From contig NW_024704783.1 in NCBI RefSeq assembly GCF_018977255.1, positions 1-64,000 of the forward strand: a stretch of DNA of 64,000 bases, given 5' to 3'. Both the position numbers and the translations under genes were made by a program. Each line of letters opens with the position of its first letter. The first letter of the stretch is position 1. Below the pieces are notes generated by a model. The model was not told where the DNA came from. It searched no databases and saw nothing but the letters and a program-made list of their open reading frames with translations. Below are positions 38,891 to 50,190 of this stretch, one piece after another. The stretch comes from Callorhinchus milii (lineage: Eukaryota).

Positions 38891-41045
38891 TTTATGCGTA
38901 AAATAGTTAAACGAAGGCAGACCTTTCTGTCCGGGAATCTGGTATTTGTGATTCTGCATCGACTGAGAAGTAGCTCAATGTCACCACGTAACTAGTTTAA
39001 GTTTGGAAACAAAGAGAGTCAGACAGTGTAACTGTGTTTATAATGTTAATTTTAAACCATTTAATACTTAAATATTTACTGATCTTACTCCGGTCGACTT
39101 TGTTTTAAGATTTAAATTGGTGCGGCCTTTAGAAAAGCAGCTCAAATTCACATGTAGCTCCCATTTCATAATCGTTCATTTAGTTTGCTAACAAATGGAT
39201 ATTTCAAGGTTATTCAGACCTTTGGATATTCTAACAATTTTATACAATAGAACGAAAATTTAAACGTGAGTCTTGCTTGCTCTGACATTTACTAAAACAA
39301 GTTATTCTGTTCAAAATGCTTACTGAGTCGCCGCAGCCAATTTCCCACCTGTCGGCTGCTATGTGGTGTTAAAATAGTACATTAATTATGAATAGTAACA
39401 ACATTAATAATTCGTGCTTCTGATTTAGCACCTTGTCGCGGCTTCGAGACATCTCAAAGGGCTTTAGAGGATACACAGTGAAGTGAATTGAATGTAAATT
39501 TTCAGGGTGAAAAATATTTGTTTGTCTATTGACGAATTTTGGACCCTGTTAACTCTTTTGTCTACACAACTATAGAGACGACAACATGGGTGGTTTCAGA
39601 GCTTTCATGAGGAATGAAGGACTGTAATCAGTGTGTTGCCGAGCACAAGCCTCTCACAGCGAATCCTGTCTAATTGGTGATTGTGATTAGCGGAACCTGC
39701 AACAGTTGCTGTCCAGCGCTGAACAGAGATACAGACATAGCCATTTTTACGAGTATTTTTGTCACACATCTGCACTGACATGGTTAAGTTAATACAGAAG
39801 ACGCTGTCAGGGGGTTTCCTGTCAGTAACACTGCTCGCATTTCAGGAAAAAAAAAGGTTTACATTGATATTGTTGAAAATAATATCAATATTCTTTGCGT
39901 TTGATATAGCGCCTTATCATATTGTAAAGCAGAGGTGTGTAGGTGGAATAAGGAAACTTGCCTCTGGTTTCGCCCTGAACTACAGGACACTCAGAATGAA
40001 TAACATTCTGCTATGTTTCACAATCTGCATTACCCTGAATTGTGCTAGATTTCTGTGGTAAATGTTAAATGTCCTGTTGTCATGTTGTAGTAATGATGCT
40101 CAGGCTGACAGACAGCCGCAGGTGGTATTAACATTGAACAACTATGGAATCATTAACTTGATCTAAGTGATCAATCGGAACAGCAGGCTGTTACATTACA
40201 AATTTTCCCATGTGTTGATTGAACATATCTGTGCTTTTCCGCAGAACAGTTAGCGTAAAACAGGAAGTTGATGATTACAGATCAACAACGACCTCTTGTG
40301 TCTCGGAGCCCTGTGAGAAATCGAAGATATATTCACTCAAACGCTAAAAATCTAATGAAATGATGTCTGAGCTTAATGTGTCGCTGAACAAAATCGTAAT
40401 TGATGTGTGTGGTGCAGCTGAGGAAATGAAATTGTGAGTAATACATTAATGCTGATATTAAAACAAAAACCTTCACTATTATTTCTGTAACATCAGTGTA
40501 AATTGAGCTGCTGTATATTCAATCACATCCCTGCCGTATAAACTCGCTTTAATCTCAGCCTAAAACCCTCCGAGGTGAACCACTTTAAACCGCAGCCAAT
40601 TTCCTTATGTTAAACAATTGATTTAAATATATGTTGAAAGCAATTAGATAACCTTCGTGTCAATCATCCCGTAAAATTCAGACACTGATTCCCCAAACAT
40701 GTGCATAGTTTCAAACACTTTTGCGCAATTCCTGTCAACATTATACACCGAAATCCAGCAGCCAGTCATCGCAATCACACATTGCAGAAGGTGCATCAGT
40801 TTAACCTCAGCTGGATTTTCAAAACACAAGAAACATCACCAACAATTACCAAAATATTGAGAGAGTAATCCATAAAAGAACAGGTGCTGCTGAAATCAAT
40901 AAGAGACACATCCCTTCAACTTGGATTAAAGTGTGAGCTAGTCGGCAACACGGAGTTCATTACATTAACAAGCGACCAAAGTGAACAAAACACATATATA
41001 AAGACACCCTTTCACTGAAGTGAGTGAGATAGTGTCAGTTCTTAC

Positions 41046-41126
41046 CGTCAGTCACCGTCACCTTGGTGCCTTGTCCCCAGTAGTCGACACTGTGCTACAG
41101 TCAGTGGGCTGCTCACTGCAACAACC
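41046..41126 (-). other. IGHJ: IgH J segment (41046-41087) with 5' 23-RSS (41088-41126)
   Basis: Nonamer ggttgttgc, 23-nt spacer, heptamer cacagtg, then DYWGQGTKVTVTD and donor G|gtaag. Confidence 0.95.
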
Positions 41127-41464
41127 TGCTGTGTGGGCAGAGCACACAAACACAATATTAATGTAAATGTTGGCTTCCCCAAACATAACACAGATCACGA
41201 TATGCTTCTATAATGTTCTGAAAACAATTGCCCAGCGCAGTGTTTACCTGTCAAATAATCGTGTCTTTGTCAGTTTGCTGTGTTCCTGCGAAACCATGTT
41301 TCTTCTTGCCAACAGATTGAAGAATAAATGCGATGTTTTATCTTTATTAAATTCTGGTGAAATCCTCGGGGTTCATCAACGTTTTAGAAATACCATATCC
41401 CCGCAAATTCAGTGCGTCCCACACAAGCGATTAGTGAGAGAGATTACCTGATTTGGTGTTGAAG

Positions 41465-41530
41465 GGTTTTTGTATTGACAATCAATGCTGTGGTCCCAGT
41501 ATCACAGTGATACACAATATGACAAAAACT
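41465..41530 (-). other. IGHD: D3 segment (core 41493-41502, atactgggac) with 12/12 RSS
   Basis: agtttttgt-12-cactgtg | core | cacagca-12-acaaaaacc. Confidence 0.92.
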
Positions 41531-41843
41531 CCTGCACAAGGCGAACTAACTAATATTGATCTAGAATTTCAGAGAATGACTGGATTTTCAGTTCAGATTC
41601 TCCAGTGAGGCCACGAATGATGTTAAAGTCCAAATGACTTCTTATGTTTATTAGAGATTTCGACTTCTTGAAAAAGCGTTTCAGTAGTCCTCAAACCTGT
41701 TTAGCATCATCCTATAATCTCAATCAATCTTGTTCCATCTGATAAATATCAGGTTATCTCTGAGTATGATGTTCTTTCAGTAACATTTATTTGGGACCTG
41801 TTGATGTTGTAGTAGTCACTGTGGTTGTCAGTCTCACTGGTTG

Positions 41844-41919
41844 GGTTTTTGTACGAGGAGTTGGCTGTATGCAACATTGTGATGCCCATTGCACAGTGAT
41901 AAAGTCCCATACACATACT
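41844..41919 (-). other. IGHD: D2 segment (core 41882-41891, caatgggcat) with 12/22 RSS
   Basis: agtatgtgt-12-cactgtg | core | cacaatg-22-acaaaaacc. Confidence 0.9.
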
Positions 41920-42275
41920 GACCCCCAATATCTCTTCAACGCTATCTGCCAAAATTCACTGAAAGCGTCATTTATCATCTGACACGACACAGAGTATGTC
42001 TAATAAATTCCTTATATCCAGAAAAACGAAAAGCAATTATTTCCAACAAGATGATGTTCGTGAACCGTCTCGAATCGCAATCCTTCCCGCCACGTTCATC
42101 AGAGATTTAAGATTCTTCTTATCAAGCTCAGAAGAGTTCAATCTTCTTTGATAAGATAAATTAATCTTTGTTAATCTGTTAAACACCAGTGTATTTCTGA
42201 AAATGACTCTAGTTCCTTAATATTTGTTATGTTGATGTTGGCGTGATAACAGGGGTTAGCAGTCTCTCTGCCTGG

Positions 42276-42368
42276 TGTTTTTGTATGAGGAGATGGCTGT
42301 TTGCAGCATCGTGACCAGGGTTCGAACCACTGTTTATTACCACAGTTATACAGTCCCATACAAATACT
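42276..42368 (-). other. IGHD: D1 segment (core 42314-42340, 27 nt) with 12/22 RSS
   Basis: agtatttgt-12-aactgtg | gtaataaacagtggttcgaaccctggt | cacgatg-22-acaaaaaca. Confidence 0.85.
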
Positions 42369-42782
42369 GACTCCCCCAATGTTTGCTCAATACTAGTCAC
42401 CAAAATTAACTTTAAGGGACTTTTATATTCTAACGTGATATAGTCTGTCTAACAGTTCCTTCATATGCAGTGAAACAGAAAGCAATTATTTCCAAAATCT
42501 TGTAATAAGATGATGTAAGTGAACCGTTACATAGTCAGTCTCCAATCGCAGTCCTTCCCGCCTCAAAAGCATAGTGTCACTGACCATCCAAAATCACTAA
42601 ATATTACCACACAACTAACTGGCTCATGAGCTGCTTATCAAACCACAATTCACTGTGCAGGTTTAGTCTGATAATAAATCCATCTTCTGCTTTTCCTTTA
42701 AACTTGGTTACAGACATTGCATTGACACCATGAATGTCCATCCGTCAGTTTAGGGTGGGAGGGGCTGCCTTCCCTCCCCTTT

Positions 42783-43294
42783 TGTATTTGTAGGAGTTCA
42801 GCCCAGTTTCCTCTCACTGTGAGTCTGCTGCACAGTAATAGGTGGCGGTGTCCTCCACTGTCGGGCTTTTGATGATCAGATCGAAGATGTTATTGGAATC
42901 GTCTCTGATGACAGTGACACGGTTTTCAATACCGGACGCGAATCCCTTGTAGGATGAGCTGTAATAACTGAGGAGCCATTCCTTCTGCTTCCCAGGAAAC
43001 TGCCGGTACCAATACATCCAGTAGTAGTATGTGCCGTAATTAAACCCGCTGGTTGTGCAGGTCAGTCTCAGGGTCTGGCCGGTTTCCCCGCTGAGAGTCG
43101 CCGGCTGTGTCAGCACCTCAGCGGCCTGAACACCTGTAAAGAATAAACGAACGAAGGTGAATGATGTTGAAATCTCCTGTTTCTCTGACATTGCAGAGAG
43201 AATAACACCGACAGAGAACAGAGACACTGTCAGAATAATAGCACTTACAGGAGAAGACAGCCAGCAGCAGACTGAGAGAAATCAGGGACCTCAT
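42783..43294 (-). CDS. IGHV: Germline IgH-type V segment: leader exon 43249-43294, V exon 42822-43133, 3' 23-RSS 42783-42821
   Basis: Leader MRSLISLSLLLAVFS|gtaagt; acceptor ctttacag. V reads AEVLTQ...LTCTTSGFNYGTYYYWMYWYRQFPGKQKEWLL...EDTATYYCAAD with no stops, then cacagtg-23-acaaataca. Confidence 0.95.
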
Positions 43295-43447
43295 GTTTCT
43301 CGACACTTGTCAGAACTGAAGCTTCTGCCGAATAATCGAGGGACAGAGAACAGCCGGAGAGATGGCCTCAGTCCCCAGTGACCGCTATTTAACATGGGCC
43401 ACTGGGGCAGGTGTTCGAGAATCGACCAGTAGCTCCAGGACTGAGGG

Positions 43448-43457
43448 GAGTCACGTG
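43448..43457. promoter_or_regulatory. Possible E-box (gtcacgtg) ~155 nt upstream of the V leader ATG
   Basis: Motif match and position only. No ATGCAAAT octamer was seen nearby. Confidence 0.25.
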
Positions 43458-45539
43458 TTACATTCCCTCTGACCTGCACAGATCAACAGTCAATAATAAT
43501 AACTGTATATCCTGCATTTACAGCAAATCCATATTTATATCAGTCTCAATAGTATGAGCCATACGGCTGACTCTGAATCATCGACGATTGCTTCTTCCAT
43601 GTGTTTGTCTGAGTATGTGTTTCGAGGTCAATTTAAAACATATCTGCGGAAACACTATTTCAGAGAGTTAATAATAAATATTTGGAGTGAGCTCCCTGAG
43701 ATGATGGCTTAAGTTGAAACTATTCATTATTTTAAAGCAAATTAGGTAGATTATTTTTGAAAATATAATCTGGGAATTTAGTATTTTATTTGGAGTATTA
43801 CACGGGCATTATGTGTAATATGTTCTTGTTGTAATAAAAAAGTATCATTATTATATCAGTATTATAATAATCCTTGCATTTCATATCGTGCCTTCTTAGG
43901 TAGTTAGAAGGTCGCAAAGTGTGTTACAAAATATAGTGCACAGTGGAGTGAATGTGCACTTTATTGCCGAAAATTTGTATTGCAGTATCTGTTGGAGGAT
44001 TCCAGAAAAAGTGTCATCATCTGAAAATATCAGCAAAGTCATTTAGGAGTGATAGGCTAAGCAAAAACGTGGCCTTGATCTGGAAATCGCTCCTTCAAAT
44101 GTCTGAGAATGTTGGATCAAGTCATATTTTCAAGATTGAGATGGAAAATATTAGCGAGTTGACAGTGTATTAAGGGATTAGTGGCAAAGGCTGGTATTTT
44201 GACTTGATGTAAAGATCGGCTATGATGTTAAAAAATGCCAATTTGTTTTTTCTTACTCCTATCATTTCTCTCTTTTCTCCTACAGTAATAATAATGATGA
44301 TACTTGCATTTGATGTTGCGCTATTCACCTATTCTCGGCGTCTCTAAGCGCTTCAGGGAATATGTTGTAAAGTGAATTGTCCGTACATGTGTGGGCGAAA
44401 TACGTTAGAAAAACACGCCTTTACAAACCTGCTTGAGAAGAGGCCTCTTGGTTTCCCTAACAACATTTATCTTTGGTCTCGTGGACAACCTGTACAAATT
44501 CAGATTGAAGCACACTTCCACCAGTATTCCTTGTTATATTTATTTCCTATATACAGTGCAATCAAAACATTGATTGGTGATGAAATAATGTAATGAGTGT
44601 GAATGATTTGATGTGTTGACTAATGCGCTCAAGCCAGTCATGAAACCATCACTTGAGAGAGAAGCCGAATGGCGAGAGCTGCTGGTGGAATCGGAGTCCA
44701 CTGAAATGCCGGAACAGTCACACTCTTTCAGGACAAGGGGAGAAGAAACTGGAGTAGAACATGGACAAGAAAAAATTGTGGTGTGAAGTTTCAATTAGAA
44801 GTGATATCAGTGGTGCACTACTCCAAATCAAATTTCCTTATCCCACAAACCCGTTTACCAAAGTGTAAGTAGGAACCCGTTTGTACTTCAAGTAGCAGAT
44901 CTCTATTCTTGGGTTGTTAATCTCTTTAAAAACATTAATAATTTAGTCAGTGAACTCACAATTGTTTGATGGATATTGCAAAGTACAATTGGCTGCCGTG
45001 TTTTGCCAACAGTCAATTCAAGTCATAGTATATTCCGTGAAGCACTTTCAGATGTCTCGAAGTCGTGATAAGCTATTACTTCAAATGAAAGGATTACTAA
45101 CTTCTGAATATTAGCTACTCACAGTAACTGCGAGCAGATTGTAACAGGGATTCTCATCAGACACTGTTTGTTTAGCTCGCTGTCTGTCTTATGCTGATTT
45201 TCCAATCACCTGATGGATTGTTACCGAGTAAATTGAGAAACAAATTGTTTTCCATTGATAAGTGGTGTCACAGATTACTTAAATCCCGCCTGACTCGGGA
45301 GAGAAGACTCTGTTTGATTTCACAGAGAACCAGTCATCGCTGTGATCTCAGATCCCAACGTGAACGCACCACCTTGTCTGGGAGTAATGTAATGGACACG
45401 GCTTCGTTACTGGTCGAGGAAATAGCACTATTTTGGTTTGTAATTCTCTCTGATCCATTGCACAGTCACACAGGCAATCTCTGATCAGCACGGAAGTCAC
45501 AGCTTTAGATCTGATCAAAGCGCAAGGGTTGTGGGTTCC

Positions 45540-45760
45540 TGAAGCTCAGTGGTTGGAGCACTTCACCCAAAAGCGAGAGGACCGAGATTGGGTTCCCGAG
45601 TAGAGCAAAATATTCGTCACGTTTCTTTACTGCACGCGCTTGACTGTGTTTACCGAGAAGTAGGTAGGATCCCGTTTGCCCGTGGATTGGCGGATTACTT
45701 TTCCAGGGATAATAATCCCTTGAAAGAAAAATAAAAATGCACTGAATCTGGTCGAACAAA
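45540..45760 (+). mobile_element. tRNA-headed SINE (partial)
   Basis: Head gctcagtggttggagcacttcacccaaaagcgagaggaccgag. Confidence 0.55.
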
Positions 45761-45823
45761 CGAGATAAACAAGAGCTTCTATCTTACAGGGCACTTATCA
45801 AAGCACAACAGGCATTCTCTCTC

Positions 45824-45827
<4 letters not shown>

Positions 45828-45872
<45 letters not shown>
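45828..45872. repeat. (TA)n microsatellite
   Basis: Perfect dinucleotide run of about 22 units. Confidence 0.95.
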
Positions 45873-45875
<3 letters not shown>

Positions 45876-47039
45876 TGTAACGGCTCACAAACAATGTGGC
45901 AGTGAAGGATTCCATGAGCGGCTGAATCAAAAAATCTTCCAGCATTGAAGGAACGTGAAGCATAAATTAATTTAAAGTTACATAATAATCGTTGTATTTG
46001 ATATAGCACCGTATTGCATCTTTGAAGCGTCTCAAAAGGCTACACAGAATAAACATCCTGTAAAACTGCACTTACAGTAAATTTTGAGGGCGAAAAACGA
46101 CAGGCAATTGCGTTATTTTTATCGTTTTGTTTATGATCGTTATTCAAGACACTTACTTTAATGATATTTTTATTTGCTGACTTTGAGGACAGTCCTCGTG
46201 TTCAGTCTCTGGGTGATGTGTCGGAGAAGAAAAAGTATCGTTTAACATATTTTTGAATTGGTCAAATAAACTAATCATTTGAAAAAGATAACAATTTAAT
46301 ATATTCGAAAAAGGTCATTTAATTATTTCATTTTGTTTTTCCTTCGTGTATTTCTTTTCATTGAGAGTGTTTTCCGCTCAGTAGTTGATAATGTTTCCTG
46401 TTGTAACTAAGGAATCGCCAAGGCCGCTGGGCCTGCCCTGTTTTCTGTGGTAACTCTCTCAAACTGCTTTTCTCAGCTTTGTCTCCATGTAGCTTCATGT
46501 CCTGTTTTACAAATTATCAATTGTTCCCTTTTCCCATCGTCCAAAAATGACTATGTATGCGGCCTTCCAAGGCTGTTCATTCCAAAGAATGTGCACTTAT
46601 TCAAAATCTCATTGTGAAAATCTCATAACGTGTCAGAGTATCTGGAAAATGAACTGTGTTCGTAATACACAGTAGATATATACTACACATATATCATGGG
46701 TTTAATGTAACAGGATATACCGGCTCATTATCCTGAGTATAATATTGTAGCCTCTTTCATTCAGCTTGTGATGTGGATTTTGATTCCATGGAGGGTTAAT
46801 GCCGTGTCAACTCAACTTCTGAATTTTCTGCGGTATTGCAGCATATAAAATTAATCAGAGGAACTGCCTTCATTCAGCAACTGACACAAATGATGACAAG
46901 TTTTCCGTCTCTTTACATAAGTATAATGGTTTGGATTCCTTTGTGTTACGTACAATTCAAGACTGCGACTTTACAGAACATTACACGGTATTAGCTTAGG
47001 GCGGTTCGGGCCCCCACCCATGTCAAGAACAGAGATCCC

Positions 47040-47430
47040 ACCGTCCCATATAGCACCTCACAGACACTAGAATAGCCCAGCCCCAGCGTAGTCTAGTACA
47101 GATCACCCTGCATAGCCCAGCATACACAGATCCCAGCACAGCCCAAAAAAAGCCCCCAGCATAGTCAACATACAGCAATCACGTAGCCCAGCACAGTGGC
47201 CCTAGAACCTCCCAAAACACAGCCCTCAGCATAGACCAAATCAGTGCCACAGCTCAGCCCACACATAGCCCACACTCGCACACGCATTACCTTCACAAAG
47301 AACCTAACTCAGTCCAGCACAAAGGTCCCAGCATATCCTAGCACACAGCCCTCAGCATAACCAAGATCGCAGTCCATTTCATAGCTCTACACAGAGCCTC
47401 AAACATAGCCCAAGTTACAGCCCCAATGTA
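47040..47430. repeat. Degenerate cacag/cccag/catag tandem repeat
   Basis: Recurrent (ca)tagcccagcacag-type units. Confidence 0.6.
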
Positions 47431-47999
47431 AGTGACTGTATCATATTAACTAAACCCGGAGACTTGTATAAAGCACTGAGCTGACGATGGCTCTTGTTGC
47501 TGTCAGGAAAGCAGAATGTGTGCGACTTATGATTGTGATTCTCTGAGCATTGAGTGTGGTTTGACAATCTTATTGCTATTCCTCAGTTTGTTCCCGATTG
47601 AAAATTGGTCAGAATTGGCAACGGTACAAGTTTCCTCACCCCATATCCCAATGCCGCTCCCTTCATTCACTCAAATTCTCACTCACATACAAAAACACGC
47701 ACACACACACATCCTCAGTCGTAAACACTTTCGGAAGCACACTGACCCCTCAAGACATCCCCTCCACACACACTCGACTCACACAAATTCCTCTCACACA
47801 CACACCTCTCAAACACACTTGATACATATTCGCTTGAAGGCCTGCAGTACACGCACATACCAAGTAGGTTACGGTGTTGTTAAGTAATTCCTCCATATGG
47901 TACCAGTTTACACCACCATCCAGTGTCTGAGCGCGGCGTTAAATATCCGAGAAAATTATCCTAAAAAATTCATATATTTTCCTGATAATCCTGAAGCCA

Positions 48000-49900
48000 A
48001 AACAGGGCAGTTTGGAAGAAAGCTGTGCTGATCAGGGAACGGATGTGGGCGAGGAAGGATAATTGAAATCGCACCTAATGCCTCAGTAGCGCACGGGTAC
48101 GGAGAATTTTAAGGAAACATCGAGTTGGTTGAGAAGTTTAGAACCGTGGGACCGAAGACGTCGATGGTGTCCAAAGACTATGACTATTGACGTTAAACTG
48201 CAGAAAATTAGCGCTCAGCAAGCCGACAGAAAATAAGAGAGACTTTGTGTCGCAGCTGAACGTGGAAGCGTAGAATAGAGTGTCATTCCCATAATTTTGA
48301 GGGTTAAGCCCGTGTCTGCGGATGACATCACCGAGAGGGAGCATGTATATGAGGGGGCAAGGATGGATCCTTGGCGTGTTTGTCATTCAGGTGATCGGTT
48401 GCAAGCGCGAATGGAAGCTTTTGCAGAAATGAAGGAAAGGGTGGGGGTGGCCCGGAGGAGATATTGGCTCGCTTAATTCGTGTTAGAGGTGATGATTTGT
48501 GGACTTGAGGATGCGAATGGAGGAGGTGGTGGGAGGTGTAGAATAGAATTTTGGTGCTACTCTTTGCCTACAGGATGATGTTTGAGATGTGCGGAGTTTC
48601 TACTATCGACAGCAGGCGGTGGAAGGCGTGAAGTTGGTAGAGCTGCAGTTGCTGGTGGACCGTCAGGCTGCTTTTTGCCACCAGCGCTCGAGAAGCCGGG
48701 TTTTCATTTTAGGAAGCGGAGACGGAAGTGGTACCAGGGGAAGGGGAGATGTCTGCTCTACAAAGGGGAGAGGAGATGGCTGTTGTAACAGAGGGAGCGT
48801 GTGGGTTTGGAGACCGTCGAATACAGCGGGAAGAGCGTGTTTAAATTGGAGGAGAGGCGATCATGGAGCAGCTTAAACGGCTGCTTCAGGAACTCTGGGG
48901 GTATAAGTCCAGTGGAGTAGTGATGAGGATGAGAGGGATTTCGTAAGGATCTCGAGGGGAAGAATATGGTTTACGTCTTGATGGAGGGGAGAGGGATGCG
49001 AAAAGAGAAGAAAATGAAGAAGTGAAACTGGATAGCCTTGTCCGTGATACACAGGCCGGAAACGTCGATGTCATGTGTGATAACGAGTTTGTAGGACCAG
49101 AGGTGTGCATTGAAATCTGAGGAGGTGGTGCAACGCTGTTTATATGGAGTTTGAAACCGCCCATCATGTGCTGGCGTTCTGAGCAGAGGGACTAGAAGGA
49201 GCCAGGGTGTTTTGGGAGGCGGTAAACTAGGAGAATTTTGAATGTGAGAGAGGAGGGAAGGTAGAGTGTGAGATACTCACATGAGAAGAAGCAGCCAGAG
49301 GAATAAAGAGGTTGACCGAGGGAAGCTTGGGAAATAAGGGCCACCCGCCCGCCACATGTTAGTTTTGGCGGGGCGGTTTGGTGGAAAGTGTACCCAGGAG
49401 GGAAGGCTTCAAGTAGGGAGTCAATGGGGGAGAGCCTCCGCAAGACATAGAATATCCGTGTTCAAATCCTGGATGAGGTAATGGATAGTGAGGGCTTAAT
49501 TGGAGAGGGAGCGCACAGGGAAATGTGGATGGCTGTGCTATTTTTCGGAGGAGGAGGGGACGAGCGGGTGCCATGGAGAGGATATTGGGACGAGGGGCAG
49601 AAATCACTGGAGTTTGAGGGGCAGGAGGTGTTATTGAGTGTACGGCTGATTGATGAGGAGGTTGTGGCGTGTTTGCCTTTTGGATGCGGTTGGTTGCTGC
49701 GGAAAGAATGAGCAACGGACAGTTAAAGCGGCTGATCTGGGATATCCAACGCAGGGAGCCAAGGTTGGCGAGGGATGCCCATGACTGGAGTAGAAGCAGG
49801 TCATGATGGGGTCCAGGAAAGAGAGAAGGCGGGTAGGACGGTGAGAGGGGGCAGAGTGGGCGTAGCGATAGAGGGGAGGGAGAAGAATGAGCATTTCCAC
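48000..49900 (-). mobile_element. Old, decayed L2-type LINE (endonuclease to RT)
   Basis: Fragments read FPPGYTFHQTAP...GGRVALIS...KILLVYRLPK and LIYMLPLGDVIRRHGLN..YGNDT. Confidence 0.75.
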
Positions 49901-50019
49901 GCTGAGACTGGGACGGGACAATGTCAGCCCACGGGCTACAAGGAACCGCGCAGGGGTTGGGGGAGGGGCAGATGGGGGAAGGCGGTTATAGTTTGGTACC
50001 AGTGAGCGTGAGCGGAGTG

Positions 50020-50190
50020 AGGATAATAATAATAATAATCCTTGCATTTGGTATACCGCTTTTCACGTCGGGAGGACGTCCCAAAGCGCTTCACAGAACA
50101 CACTGTAAAGTGAATTGACTGTATATTTGTGGGCGAATGCGGCAGCCAATTGCGCACAGCAATGTTCCACAAACAGTCGTAGATTGAGCT
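50020..50190 (-). mobile_element. 5'-truncated Deu SINE
   Basis: Deu core and L2-type tail with (TTA)n. Confidence 0.75.

Noticed and set aside
39600-40830. Candidate CH1 or supporting-V exon in the J-C intron
   Set aside because: Several acceptor-like sites exist, but no translation showed Ig C-W-C spacing by eye. A heavily decayed pseudo-CH1 cannot be excluded without an HMM search.
42651-42657. Perfect heptamer between V and D1 as a fourth D
   Set aside because: No convincing nonamer at 12 or 23 spacing and no partner heptamer.
42814-43227. ORF-track start MSLFSVGVIL for the V gene
   Set aside because: That stretch is the leader intron. The real leader exon is 43249-43294.
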